Source: a virus
Taxonomy: Duplodnaviria > Caudoviricetes
IMG/VR virus record: IMGVR_UViG_3300025018_000162
Span: 1-63,939 of that record
Length of the DNA: 63,939 nucleotides
Reading direction: 5' to 3' (one strand)
Position numbers and translations under genes: made by a program. Positions 45,756-55,994 of the stretch are shown one piece after another (the stretch's first letter is position 1; each line of letters opens with the position of its first letter). The notes under the pieces are model-generated. The model was not told the DNA's origin. It made no database searches and worked only from the letters and a program-made list of their open reading frames with translations.

Positions 45756-46139
45756 TTATAAAACTGTATAGTTGACAGATGCGATAAATGTTCCAGTCCC
45801 GACTTTTCCACCAGCGTTAGCTACTGTAAAGATAGTCCCTTTTGTTATGATATCTGTTGTTAGTTCTGCTCCGTCTATTGTTTTAACATATCCAATTGCT
45901 TTAGATAATTCAGAGGTAGTTGTTCCGAAGGTTGTTGCTGATGCAACGTTTCCGAAGTTGATTGCAACTCCAGCGTCTGCGGATGTAGCCTCATTGTAAA
46001 AAAGTGAAATACTGTTAATTCTGATATCACTCTTTGCGTTAAAAAGCATTATTTCAGATTCTGCAGCACCAGATAGGTCAAAAATTGTGTTAGACTTGAC
46101 TGACATTACATCACCATCTATGTTTCTTCCTTTAATCAT
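45756..46139 (-). CDS. putative capsid decoration protein
   Basis: beta-rich, directly after capsid gene. Confidence 0.5.
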   Translation of the reverse strand: MIKGRNIDGDVMSVKSNTIFDLSGAAESEIMLFNAKSDIRINSISLFYNEATSADAGVAINFGNVASATTFGTTTSELSKAIGYVKTIDGAELTTDIITKGTIFTVANAGGKVGTGTFIASVNYTVL

Positions 46140-46222
46140 TTTGTTTAAGCTGTTTAATTTTAATAGTCAATTAATAGTTTTCCCCCATCCAGCGTTATGG
46201 GATACTTGACTTTATGTTGGTC

Positions 46223-46248
46223 GGGGAGCATCCCGAAGGACACTCCCC
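46223..46248 (-). terminator. hairpin downstream of capsid gene
   Basis: GGGGAGTGTCC-TTCG-GGATGCTCCCC on - strand. Confidence 0.55.
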
Positions 46249-46265
46249 TAGCCTTAACCTAAAAT

Positions 46266-49091
46266 CTATTTAATGACATCGGCTAGTCTAGCATTTTTGT
46301 TCGGAGCCTTAATACAAAGGTTAGAATAATAACGTAGAGTTGCATTCCAAGCAGGAGTTGTTGCACTTCTGTCAAGGATTGAACCGTCCTCTTTCAAGAA
46401 AGAAATAGGAGCGATGTCTTCAATCGAAAGGGTTGAAGGGTCGATGAAGAAAGCTTCATCATATGGAGCGTCATAATCAGCTACCATAGGAATTCCGTTG
46501 AAGTCTACACCAGTGAATCCACCGTTAAGTTTCATATCACCGTTTGTGTAACGTCTGTCTGGAGTAAGTAGTTGACCGTATGCGCTTTGAACGTCCCAAG
46601 AAGTTAGAATGTACTTAGTATCACCTTTCTTCTGAGCTTGAATCCACGTATCGTGTAGTAAAGCATCTGTCAATGAACGTTGGGTTGTGTTGTCATTAAC
46701 ATAAGATTTCCACCAAATATATGTAGCTCTTGCTAGCCCTTGAAGAGAAGCTACGTTGGTTCCGTCATCGATAAGACCTTTAAGTCCCATGATTTCGTAA
46801 TCCTTGTTAGACTGTGTTGCAGATTGAGCGATATAAATTGCGTCATTATCTGCGATTGCTGCTACTGCTGCGTCAATTTCAAATGTATCACCATCTGTGA
46901 TTGAAGCTACTGTTGCGATTGTGCTAGCTGTTGCACCGAATCTGATAACGTTTCCAATTTCGATGTAATCTGTAGCGTCTTTTCCAACCATTGGGTTATC
47001 GAGTTCAATAGTTGTTCCAGTGGTAGGATCGCCGTTAACTTTAGCGATTTCACCAGTACCCAGTTTGTTATTATCTCACATGAGATATACTAATCATTTC
47101 TGTTAGTATCTCACAGTTGTTTTTCCTGTGAGGTCAGACTATCGCTTCCTATTTCTAGGTTATCACACTTAGTCGTTACAGCTGCACCATTGTCTAATTT
47201 ATTTCGGTATTTTGACTCTTTATAAACATGTTTTAATTCTCTGCATCTGAGATAAATCTTTTCTCTTATATTTATCTCATTCTCTGTCAGCGGCAATGCT
47301 TTGCCGTCTGCGTCTCTAAGAGTTTTTTGTAATCTATTTTGCAAATTTATAGCTAGAAGGGCTTGGTCTCTTTTATACTTTAGGAACGGGAGGACGTCCT
47401 TCAGGACAGCAGACGCTTTTTTATGCGTTATGTTCCACACATAGCAAGGATAATCTTTCTTGTCTTTCCATTGCACCGTACCTCCAAAGTTCCCAGTTAG
47501 CCAATCCATTATTGCACCGTCTCGTTGCGAAACGGTTAACAACACTGAATAGCTAACGCTTGTCCTTCTCCTTCCGTTCTTGTCTGTGCGTGGATTTCTT
47601 TTTGCTACCATTATACATCCCTCTCCGTCTATAAAGCCTGCTAAATATGCTAACTTTATTGCTTTTGTTTGTTTCATAATCCTAATGTTATAAAACCGAA
47701 ATAAATTGTAATGTGCTTGCTAGGGGTTGCCAATTTCAGGATTCCCCTTATCAGTGATAATTTTGTTTGTTTGTTTATAGGGCAAACGATGGAATCAGTA
47801 ACTTGGTGAAAAGCCTTTTAATACCATACCCTTGACGACTAAGTTGGCGTTGCATATCGTTCTTAGCTCCATCATATTCTGATTCAAGAACGTTTACCAA
47901 GAACTCTTTAGAACGTTTTGAACCTTGTAGAACAACGTCTGTAAGAGAGATTTGGTGAAAGTTGTATTTCATTGGGATGTTAGCTTGTACGTAAGCTTGT
48001 TGCCCAGCTGTTGGAAGGGTCAATGTTTCAGAACCAGCGGCTGATCCTGTGTTCAATATCTTATCTCTACGTTTCCGTAGAAGTTGAGACTATATCTTCA
48101 TCCAAGAATATCTTTAATCCTTTTAGGATTCGTCTTGGAGACTAACATGTAGTCGTTGAGAATTTTTCTAATGAAATTTATTTTAGCCATTTTCCTTTCT
48201 ATCCGTAATCTTATCTTTAATTTAATAAAGTCTAATGTGTCGAAAAATAGTCTATACGTATTTTTACTAGCTTTGATTTTTGTTGGACCCCAATTCTTGA
48301 GTTGCATCTTGTTGCATAGCCTAGAAATATTATTCATCATTATTTCAGACCCACTCAATCCTATTTGCCAATTTAATCCTCTACCAGTACCAGATACGTT
48401 AAAAACAGCCCAACCATCTCCATCTACCATTCCAGCAATAAATTCTTTTTTAATGCTTTCCTTACCATTCAAAATCCAAGTTGGTATCTTTGTTTTATTT
48501 TCTGTTTGTATTGTTAAATACTCGAACAATTCTTTTTCGTATATGCGAATTGTGAACATATTTTTCTTCCCGTATCCTGTCGGTTTACTTTCATAAACGG
48601 ATCCTGTTTTACCGATTAAATTATCTATACATTTATTTGTATAGTTTATATAATCCATGTCAATGGATGATAGTTTAAAAACATATCCTCTATTTTGCTT
48701 AAAACAGCTTCCGTCTGAAAGATACACCCCAGTTAAATACGCGAGATATTTGTTTTCTTTCATAGAAATCTTTTCTGCGGATTGTCCAATCCTTTGGGTT
48801 TTTACACTTTGGTACCAAAGGCTCTAAGGAGTTTCCCGCATTTAGTTAGTTTAATTGTCAAAGAAATTACTTTCTGCGGGTCGCAACATATTTACGACCA
48901 TAGTGGACGGTTATCATTTTACCACCACCACCAATTGCTGATTCGCCTGCTATGCTAACTGCACCTGTATCGTGTGCGACGTTTTTTAGAATATTCATGA
49001 ATAGAACATTCTTTGTAAATACTTGCTCGTGAACCACTTCGTCATAGACTCTAAGTGCTGCACCAGCCATATTTGTTACGGATTGTGACAT
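46266..49091 (-). CDS. major capsid protein, 3 exons (49091-48894, 48053-47820, 47060-46266; 408 aa spliced)
   Basis: exons join in frame: ...VHYGR|NTGSAAGSE...LPTAGQQ...QGYGI|GTGEIA...EIMGLKGLIDD...GGFTGVDFNGIPMVAD; follows scaffold. Confidence 0.85.
47061..47819 (-). mobile_element. group I intron 2 of capsid gene
   Basis: exon ends in U with P1 (UGGUAUU/GAUUCCA); P10 UUUCACCA/UGGUGAAA; R GUAACGACUA; S AAGCGAUAGUCU; terminal G. Confidence 0.85.
47111..47677 (-). CDS. intron-encoded LAGLIDADG endonuclease (single motif)
   Basis: YLAGFIDGEG; LPFLKYKRDQA. Confidence 0.9.
   Translation of the reverse strand: MKQTKAIKLAYLAGFIDGEGCIMVAKRNPRTDKNGRRRTSVSYSVLLTVSQRDGAIMDWLTGNFGGTVQWKDKKDYPCYVWNITHKKASAVLKDVLPFLKYKRDQALLAINLQNRLQKTLRDADGKALPLTENEINIREKIYLRCRELKHVYKESKYRNKLDNGAAVTTKCDNLEIGSDSLTSQEKQL
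48054..48893 (-). mobile_element. group I intron 1 of capsid gene
   Basis: P1 GGUCGU/GCGACC with U.G; P AAAUGCGGGAA; Q AAUCCGCAG; R UCAACGACUA; S AAGAUAUAGUCU; terminal G. Confidence 0.9.
48098..48763 (-). CDS. intron-encoded LAGLIDADG endonuclease (double motif)
   Basis: YLTGVYLSDG and FIAGMVDGDG. Confidence 0.9.
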   Translation of the reverse strand: MKENKYLAYLTGVYLSDGSCFKQNRGYVFKLSSIDMDYINYTNKCIDNLIGKTGSVYESKPTGYGKKNMFTIRIYEKELFEYLTIQTENKTKIPTWILNGKESIKKEFIAGMVDGDGWAVFNVSGTGRGLNWQIGLSGSEIMMNNISRLCNKMQLKNWGPTKIKASKNTYRLFFDTLDFIKLKIRLRIERKMAKINFIRKILNDYMLVSKTNPKRIKDILG

Positions 49092-49141
49092 TTATTTTTA
49101 TCCCTGCGAATCCGTACTTAATGAACGTGACTCGTAGAGTT

Positions 49142-49864
49142 TTAGTTTATATTTTCATCGGAACTTGCCGACATGGCTTCCAATATAGCACTCCGTAGGT
49201 CTTCTGTGTTCTTTGGTTTAACCGCCTGTGGTTCTCTCGATGGAGAGCCTCCTGGGGTTTCGACGTTCTGAACTTCTGGTTTCTTGTTTAATCTTTGCTT
49301 GATTTCATAGTCAATGATTTCTGCTCTACTCATTTCGTTAAAAGCCTCACCTGGTGATAAGTGTAACTTGTTGTTAGCTTCTTGCCAATCCAAGACCTTC
49401 TTATCGTCATATCTTGGCTTTCCTGCTTCACCGTTCCACTGTTCCTCAAGTGTTTTTACTTCTTGTTTTATTTTTTCAACTTGCGTTTGCTTTTGCTGTT
49501 CCTCTTGCCGTTGTTGCTCGCGCCTGTCTAGCATTTCTTCAACTTGTTCAGCTGTTAGATTAGAAACCTCTTGTACCTCGGGTTGCTTAGGGTTGAGAGC
49601 TTCTTTGAGTCTTTCCTGTGTTTCGAACGTTTGATTCAGTCTTGCTTCTAACTCTTTTTTAGATTCTCTCTCCTGTCTAAGTGCTTTGTTCAGATTATCA
49701 ATCTGTTCTTGCGTCTTAGAAAAGTCTACGTTGTTATTTTGCACTGGCTCTGGTTGTGCGTCCATTCTTACTTCTGGCGAAGTTACTACTTCTGCAGTTG
49801 GTGTAGCGGTAGGGTCTACGGCTGCTGCTGCAGCTTCTTGTACTACCTTGTTTTCATTTTCCAT
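49142..49864 (-). CDS. capsid scaffolding protein
   Basis: Q/E-rich coiled coil between portal and capsid. Confidence 0.7.
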   Translation of the reverse strand: MENENKVVQEAAAAAVDPTATPTAEVVTSPEVRMDAQPEPVQNNNVDFSKTQEQIDNLNKALRQERESKKELEARLNQTFETQERLKEALNPKQPEVQEVSNLTAEQVEEMLDRREQQRQEEQQKQTQVEKIKQEVKTLEEQWNGEAGKPRYDDKKVLDWQEANNKLHLSPGEAFNEMSRAEIIDYEIKQRLNKKPEVQNVETPGGSPSREPQAVKPKNTEDLRSAILEAMSASSDENIN

Positions 49865-49934
49865 TGTGATACTATTTGTTAGTTATTTAACGTTGGTTGG
49901 TAACGCAGCCCCAAACGCTCTGCGTATGTAAATT

Positions 49935-50168
49935 TTAAAGTCCTCTTTTCTTTTTTTCCTTTTTAACCTCGAATTTAAACTTGGTCACATTCTGAGGAGA
50001 TTGGGACATCCCTGCTTTCTCAAATCGTTTTGCAACAATTTTGTCAACGTTTCCACGAGACTTTCTATTGGTTTTCATTGTTTTAACAATATTACCAGTT
50101 GCCTCTTTTGCTCCAGAAACACCTTTTTTGATGTCTTTCATGAAGCCCTTAAAGTTAATCTTTGCCAT
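49935..50168 (-). CDS. small basic protein
   Basis: K-rich 77 aa after portal. Confidence 0.5.
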   Translation of the reverse strand: MAKINFKGFMKDIKKGVSGAKEATGNIVKTMKTNRKSRGNVDKIVAKRFEKAGMSQSPQNVTKFKFEVKKEKKKRGL

Positions 50169-50173
50169 GTTTG

Positions 50174-52039
50174 TTATTGTTGTTGTCCGCCATATTGCTC
50201 TTCTTGCATTATATGTTGGTCAAATAATTCTTTGTTAGGTTCATAGGCATCTCTGTTTTCAGAAATGAATGCCATATGAAGTTGTAAATGTTCTGGTGTC
50301 CACAACGCTTTAGGGGTTGCTGGCACTTGCTGACCTGCTGCCATTTGCATGTTCTCTTGGTCTGCCAAATCTGCTGTATCTTCTGGACCGTTTCCGTCTG
50401 TTCGATGACTCTCCCGTTGTTTCATCATATCTTCCTTGAACTTCTCATCTTTCATCTTCTGCATCCTCCCCATTATATCAGCGATGTTTGTGAACTTGAA
50501 TTGTTCCATTAAAGTTTCTGGGTCAATGAGTTGAGCCTCTGCTAATCTCATAATCCACTCCTTCTTATTCTCTTCGCTGTATGATATCTCTGGAACAATG
50601 GAGACTTTTACCTCGTCTTCGCCAGTAATAACAATAGCACCTTCTGGTCTGTTCTCTGCTGCTGAACCGATATATTTAATATCTGTTTTACCTTCTGAAA
50701 TTTCCTCTGTAGCGATGCCGTAGTCTGCTATTAGTTCTAGGATGAATGTCCCCATTTCTTGCAACATCAGCTCAAGGTTCTCTATTGGCTCTGCTACTGT
50801 TCCAGCGTCTGCTGATTGTAGAGCCTCAATCCCCTTACCAGATTGGAGTGAACCAGTTGCCTTACCTAGCGAAGCTTCTCTCACTCCACCAAGCTCTTCT
50901 ATCCATCCTTCTATGTTTCCCATGAACTGGAATGGTGTCCCTGGCAATGGCTGTAGGTCCATTTGTTTTGGTGCAACATTACCTTTATAGTAAATCTTTT
51001 CAGCACCTTTGTCTGTAATCATTGAAACTTCAACTCCTTGTTTGATAAGATATTTACCAGCAAGCATACGTTGTATATACGCTTCTATTTGTGATGCTGT
51101 CTTATCTAGCGACTTGTTGAGTGTAATCAAATCCTTAATCCATGGTTGGCTAAAGATTGATTCGTCATTTCTTTCTGGTGTATATAAGAAAATTGGGTAG
51201 CGTCTATATTTTGGCATATAAACTCTCAAAATATTATTCCCACAGAAAGTAATAACTTTAACTTTAACCTCATCGTCCTCCACCCACTTCATCCAGAGTT
51301 CTTTAACAACCGCTGTTTCTAGTTCTTTGTTACTCTTGTTGGCCTCTCTGTTATATTTCTCTAGCTCTAAGATGTTTTTATAATCTGCGGCGGCCTCTCT
51401 GTTGTCTGAGATATTCTCGTCTTCAACTTTGTAATCTTTGTTGCCCTTAATCGCCTCTACTGGTTTGACAAAGGTTTTAAAGATGTATCTACAGCCTTCT
51501 ATTGTTGGTGAGTATGGGTCTGGTAGGATATCGTATGAGCTGTTAACCCAAAAGTCAATCTGTTCTTTCCCGTCCTTTTTAATCATCCCACCTTCAATAA
51601 ATCCTGCCGAATACTTAAGGCCATTAACAATAACATCTGTGAGGTTTTGTTTTATTTGTCTTTTTCTATAGATGTTTTGTAGAATTTTATTCTTTGCTTC
51701 TGCCTCTTTATATGCCTCATCTTTAGCACTGTTTGGATGAACCTCCCACCTTGGTTGGCTTCTCTTAACAAAGTTTTTAATCCCACGGAGTTGCGAACGT
51801 ATTTTGTTTATTGTACGTCTGACTTCTCCCTTTGCTACTGGTATTGTTTGGATTCTATTTAATGTTTTATTAAAAACAATCCAATGGTCGCCTCTAACGA
51901 AGCGGTCTATAATATACCAATCTTTGTGTTGTTTTAAATACATGTCCGATGTAGACTTGTATAAGTTATCTAAGAAATGGATAGCCTCTGCATTTCTTCC
52001 AGTACCATCGTATGTTCTTAGACTTTTCAAATTAATCAT
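50174..52039 (-). CDS. portal protein
   Basis: 621 aa; TINKIR..P.WEV.P, ELGGVREASLG..SGKGIEALQ, C-terminal H..H..F..H. Confidence 0.8.
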   Translation of the reverse strand: MINLKSLRTYDGTGRNAEAIHFLDNLYKSTSDMYLKQHKDWYIIDRFVRGDHWIVFNKTLNRIQTIPVAKGEVRRTINKIRSQLRGIKNFVKRSQPRWEVHPNSAKDEAYKEAEAKNKILQNIYRKRQIKQNLTDVIVNGLKYSAGFIEGGMIKKDGKEQIDFWVNSSYDILPDPYSPTIEGCRYIFKTFVKPVEAIKGNKDYKVEDENISDNREAAADYKNILELEKYNREANKSNKELETAVVKELWMKWVEDDEVKVKVITFCGNNILRVYMPKYRRYPIFLYTPERNDESIFSQPWIKDLITLNKSLDKTASQIEAYIQRMLAGKYLIKQGVEVSMITDKGAEKIYYKGNVAPKQMDLQPLPGTPFQFMGNIEGWIEELGGVREASLGKATGSLQSGKGIEALQSADAGTVAEPIENLELMLQEMGTFILELIADYGIATEEISEGKTDIKYIGSAAENRPEGAIVITGEDEVKVSIVPEISYSEENKKEWIMRLAEAQLIDPETLMEQFKFTNIADIMGRMQKMKDEKFKEDMMKQRESHRTDGNGPEDTADLADQENMQMAAGQQVPATPKALWTPEHLQLHMAFISENRDAYEPNKELFDQHIMQEEQYGGQQQ

Positions 52040-52292
52040 TCTCTTTATATTTATCTGTAATTGCTTGCTCTAGCAAGTAATATAACTCTGCTGTCAGCGG
52101 ATAAAATACTGAAATTTTATTTTGTCCAGCTTCTTTGACCGGGAAAACTAATCGCAGACGCTCTGTTTCACCTAGCCTTGTAAACACCGCTATGTTTCCA
52201 ATATACAAGGAGTCATCAATAACACAAGACGCAAATGCAACTAATCCTTTATCTGGAGATACTTTTTTGATTTTAATTTTTGATAGTTTCAT
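52032..52292 (-). CDS. spoVG: SpoVG-family nucleic-acid-binding protein
   Basis: MKLSKIKIKKV..GLVAFASCVIDD..IGNIAV..LVFP..FYPL..LEQAI..Y. Confidence 0.75.
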   Translation of the reverse strand: MKLSKIKIKKVSPDKGLVAFASCVIDDSLYIGNIAVFTRLGETERLRLVFPVKEAGQNKISVFYPLTAELYYLLEQAITDKYKEND

Positions 52293-52545
52293 ATTCTTTG
52301 TTTAGTTGTCTAATCAGAAGTTTTTCGTCTGTTTCATTAACATCTTCTAACTCGTCTTGCTCTGGCTCCTCTTCCACCTCGTTATCTTCTGGTATTGTCT
52401 CAACATATTCTTCTAGTGTTTGTGCAGTTAACGCTTTGGTAATTTCCCTTACAAGCTCTTTTTGCTGCTTAGAATTTTGGGCCATTACGTATATAATGGT
52501 CCCGAATGCAGCAAGTATATTAATTATTAGTATTAGTTCTATCAT
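52273..52545 (-). CDS. membrane protein
   Basis: N-terminal TM, acidic tail. Confidence 0.55.
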   Translation of the reverse strand: MIELILIINILAAFGTIIYVMAQNSKQQKELVREITKALTAQTLEEYVETIPEDNEVEEEPEQDELEDVNETDEKLLIRQLNKEYETIKN

Positions 52546-54103
52546 TTGGTTTGATGGCTATTGCAACATTTGATGTAAGCATTGTGCTTGCGGCACCTAC
52601 TGCGTTAGCTAGTTCATTTTTAACACATCTCACTGGGTCAATCACGCCATCTTCGAATAGGTTTGTGTATTCGTTTGTAAGTGCGTTATACCCGTTTTCT
52701 CCACTTTGTATTTTCGCTATGATTGCATCTGCTGGTAAACCTGCATTAAGCAATATTTGTTTGCATGGCATAAGCATAGCACGTTTGATTATATTCCATC
52801 CTGCTACATGCTCTTCATTCTCGTTGTCTGGTGCTAGCATCAAGTCTGCTGCCCTAACGAGTGCTGTTCCTGCTCCTTCTACTATCCCGTCCTCTACTGC
52901 AGATTTTGTTGAATTCAAAGCGTCTTCGATCCTGTACTTAACTTCTGTTTGTTCTGTCTCAGATGCTCCACCGACACGAATGTTCGCAATAGATCCATTC
53001 AATCTTCCCATTCTTTTTTTTAATTGGTCGATAAGGAAGGCATCTTTGTATTTTTTGAGTAAGGCATTAACGCCAGCAATTCTTTCTGTGACATCTCCGT
53101 CTGCCCCTGTAAAGATTGTTGAGTCTTTACTAACAACAACGTGTGCGGATGTTCCTGTGTGTGCTAGTGTACAGTCACTTAGTCTAACTGACTCTTCTTC
53201 TCCGAGGACTGTTGCCCCTGTTGCTGCTGCTAGGTCGTAGAACAAATCTCTCTGGTAGTCGCCGAACGATGGCATGCTAACTGGAACACATGTGAACTTA
53301 CCAAGCATATGGTTTTGCGCCAAGAACGCTACTGCTGGTCCTTCAACAGACCCTGCTACCAAAATCATGTTTCTTTTTCCTTCTTTTAAAAGTGATTGGA
53401 GCATTTTAACCAACTGACTTTCCATGTTAATCTTATCTGTGGTAAGAATAATCGTTGGGTTCTCCATTTCAGCTGAAAGCATCTTACTGTTGTTTATAAA
53501 CATATGAGATGCATATCCTCTATCCAGCTTTGTTCCTTTAACATATTCTACTGTAGTATCTACAGAGTTAGAATTTGTTACAGTAACAATTCCATTAGTT
53601 CCTGTCTCTTCGATGACATCTGCGATCATTTGACCAATCTCTTTGTCGTTGTTTGCAGATATTGTTGCAATTTGCACCTTCTCATCTTTAGATGTTACTT
53701 CTTTCTTAGAACCGTCAACTATTCCTAGCGCTTGCACTAGTGCTGCGTCCATCCCTCTCTTTAGAAGGATTGGGTTCATTCCTGCTGTTATATATTTGTG
53801 ACCTTCGTTCGCAATGGCTCTTAGAAGGACTACTGTTGATGTTGTTCCGTCTCCAGCCTCTCTATTTGTGTTCTCTGCTGCCTCTCGTGTCATCATTACC
53901 CCCATGCTTTCGAACTTGTCTTCCAGCATTACCTGTTGTGCAACTGTAACACCATCCTTGGTTACTGTTGGATATATTGATTCCTCAAATATCACATTTT
54001 GTCCACGTGGACCGAGTGTTGTTGCTACCGCGTCTGCTACAATGTTAACTCCTTTTATAATTTTGATTCTGGCATCTCCGCCAAAAAGAATTTCTTTATA
54101 CAT
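52520..54103 (-). CDS. groEL: chaperonin GroEL
   Basis: TTLGPRGQNV, KDGVTVA, AGDGTTST, ISANND, RIEDAL, GVIDP. Confidence 0.95.
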   Translation of the reverse strand: MYKEILFGGDARIKIIKGVNIVADAVATTLGPRGQNVIFEESIYPTVTKDGVTVAQQVMLEDKFESMGVMMTREAAENTNREAGDGTTSTVVLLRAIANEGHKYITAGMNPILLKRGMDAALVQALGIVDGSKKEVTSKDEKVQIATISANNDKEIGQMIADVIEETGTNGIVTVTNSNSVDTTVEYVKGTKLDRGYASHMFINNSKMLSAEMENPTIILTTDKINMESQLVKMLQSLLKEGKRNMILVAGSVEGPAVAFLAQNHMLGKFTCVPVSMPSFGDYQRDLFYDLAAATGATVLGEEESVRLSDCTLAHTGTSAHVVVSKDSTIFTGADGDVTERIAGVNALLKKYKDAFLIDQLKKRMGRLNGSIANIRVGGASETEQTEVKYRIEDALNSTKSAVEDGIVEGAGTALVRAADLMLAPDNENEEHVAGWNIIKRAMLMPCKQILLNAGLPADAIIAKIQSGENGYNALTNEYTNLFEDGVIDPVRCVKNELANAVGAASTMLTSNVAIAIKPNDRTNTNN

Positions 54104-54126
54104 TTTTATACTAGTTAATTGTTTTA

Positions 54127-54390
54127 TTATTCTCTGTACGTTGTGACACCTATTACATCATCTGTATCTAGGATATGGTAGTCTTCCCCTTGTAGAATAA
54201 GTGTTAAAACAGCATATTTTCCGAAGATCACTGTTTCTCCCTTTTTGAAAGTATCGCTTGAGCTTTCAATTACTTCTCCTGTAATTAGGTTCTTATCCTC
54301 ATCACTGTCTTCTACGGCCATGTCTACTGCGAACCGTGTATTCTTGTGCTTCCTAATAAGCAACAAATTGTCCTTAAGCTTTATCTCCAT
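54127..54390 (-). CDS. groES: co-chaperonin GroES
   Basis: GEVI..KKGETVIFGKYA..GEDYHIL..DVIG; upstream of groEL. Confidence 0.8.
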   Translation of the reverse strand: MEIKLKDNLLLIRKHKNTRFAVDMAVEDSDEDKNLITGEVIESSSDTFKKGETVIFGKYAVLTLILQGEDYHILDTDDVIGVTTYRE

Positions 54391-54589
54391 CTTTTTCTTC
54401 TTTACTGGCTTCTTCTTGAGCCTTTTTTAATTCTTCTTCCGTAGCTTCATGCTTGTCTACCATTTTAAGTACTGGGAGTACTTCACCGTTCGGCATACAG
54501 ACATTAGCTGCATAAATTTCTATTTCGAACTTTGCCATAGAATCGATTAATTCTTTTTCAAGTTCTTCTTTTCTTTCTTCAAATTTCAT
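54374..54589 (-). CDS. hypothetical protein
   Basis: 71 aa ORF. Confidence 0.5.
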   Translation of the reverse strand: MKFEERKEELEKELIDSMAKFEIEIYAANVCMPNGEVLPVLKMVDKHEATEEELKKAQEEASKEEKDGDKA

Positions 54590-54594
54590 ACTTT

Positions 54595-55581
54595 TTATTC
54601 GAGATCGAAGTTGTCCATTAAGTCATACATCTTCGGTCTCATTAGGTTATTAATGTCCTTCTGGATTCTTGTTGGTTTTTGTGTAACCACATCTGGTGAA
54701 CTAGGTCTAGTCATCATAAGATATCTAAGTGCATCCATTCCGTGGTCATTCTTTTTAATTGGTTTTTCTGGTTCGTTGTTCTGTCTATCTGTTTTCTCTG
54801 TGTTCTCTCTATATCTATAGTGCCTCATCTCCCAACATAAGTTTGGGCACATATCTTCGAATATATAGAGATTAGAGTTACCAGCATTATCAATTCTAAG
54901 ATACTCTCTTATCCTCGTTATCCCTGCATCCCAATCATTGTGTGCTCTTTCGAACTCCCATCCATTATCTTCAAAGTCTTCTATAACAGAGTACGGGATT
55001 TCTTCCCCCTCTATTATCTTGGTTCTATTCTTATGGCCTGTAGAAGGATCGATGACCTTTATTTGAAAGGTGTTATCTGCCAACACTTTCTTCTGTCTTA
55101 TAGTCATGTTCGAGGAATAACCTGGCATTAGGTATCCGAACTTGTCAAACATTTCTCTACTCGCTACGCTCGGGATGGCTGGGTTGTAATATTCGTCTAT
55201 AATATAAACAACATTATTACGGTCGATTGCACCAACCAATGCGCAGTTAGGGTTCCTTTGCCCAAAGTCTACAGCTAGGAATAATTCCACATCTCCTAAC
55301 TCGAATGAGTTAATTGTATGGATGTCTGAGCTAAAGTCACAATACTCTGGTCCAAATACTAGTTTACCAGCCTTTGTAGTGAAGTCAATCTCATACTCCT
55401 TACACCAGACTGACTTCGGTGCACCAAGTCTCTCCTTCTCGTACCATTCCTTACCGTTTCTGTCTGGGTCTTTATCTGGGTCCGCGGAGTAATGAATCAT
55501 CATTACATGAAATCCATTGTTAGGATTCTGCCAGAACTTTACTCCCTTTATTATCTCTGGCTTTTTGATTTCTTCATACAT
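54595..55581 (-). CDS. terL: terminase large subunit, C-terminal nuclease gene
   Basis: IHYSADP, EYEIDF, AVDFGQRNP, IDEYY, NDHGMDALRY. Confidence 0.85.
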   Translation of the reverse strand: MYEEIKKPEIIKGVKFWQNPNNGFHVMMIHYSADPDKDPDRNGKEWYEKERLGAPKSVWCKEYEIDFTTKAGKLVFGPEYCDFSSDIHTINSFELGDVELFLAVDFGQRNPNCALVGAIDRNNVVYIIDEYYNPAIPSVASREMFDKFGYLMPGYSSNMTIRQKKVLADNTFQIKVIDPSTGHKNRTKIIEGEEIPYSVIEDFEDNGWEFERAHNDWDAGITRIREYLRIDNAGNSNLYIFEDMCPNLCWEMRHYRYRENTEKTDRQNNEPEKPIKKNDHGMDALRYLMMTRPSSPDVVTQKPTRIQKDINNLMRPKMYDLMDNFDLE

Positions 55582-55976
55582 ATTTTGGCTATTCTTTGTG
55601 TAAGGCGTTCTAATGCTTTAGTTGTAGCATCTTGTGTTGAGAACCTGTCTAACGCGTGTGTGTACAATTCGTGGGTTAATCCATGTATAAGCTCATGGTA
55701 TACAGATTCTCTTAGGTCATCTTCCCCAAGGTCTCTGTAGTCTCTCAACATCGCTGGCATCCATGAGATTGTTATTTTCTCGTACTCTTGGGTTACTGAA
55801 CTTAGGGCACTTGCAATAAATACTTGTCCAGAACCATCTTGATCTCCGTGTATCTTCCCATTAACGAACTCATTTATTATAGACCAGGAATTCATGTTGA
55901 GTCTTTCCTTTGCTTCATCTACCGTCTTTAGGACCAACCTTTCTTCTTTTTTAGTCCACTTATAATCTTTTGTCAT
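55551..55976 (-). CDS. HExxH zinc-metallopeptidase-like protein
   Basis: VYHELIHGL. Confidence 0.55.
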   Translation of the reverse strand: MTKDYKWTKKEERLVLKTVDEAKERLNMNSWSIINEFVNGKIHGDQDGSGQVFIASALSSVTQEYEKITISWMPAMLRDYRDLGEDDLRESVYHELIHGLTHELYTHALDRFSTQDATTKALERLTQRIAKICMKKSKSQR

Positions 55977-55994
55977 AATACATTTTTGCTAACA

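Noticed and set aside
47775-49091. Track ORFs 47775..48056 and 48867..49091 as independent small genes
   Set aside because: They are capsid exons reading into intron sequence.
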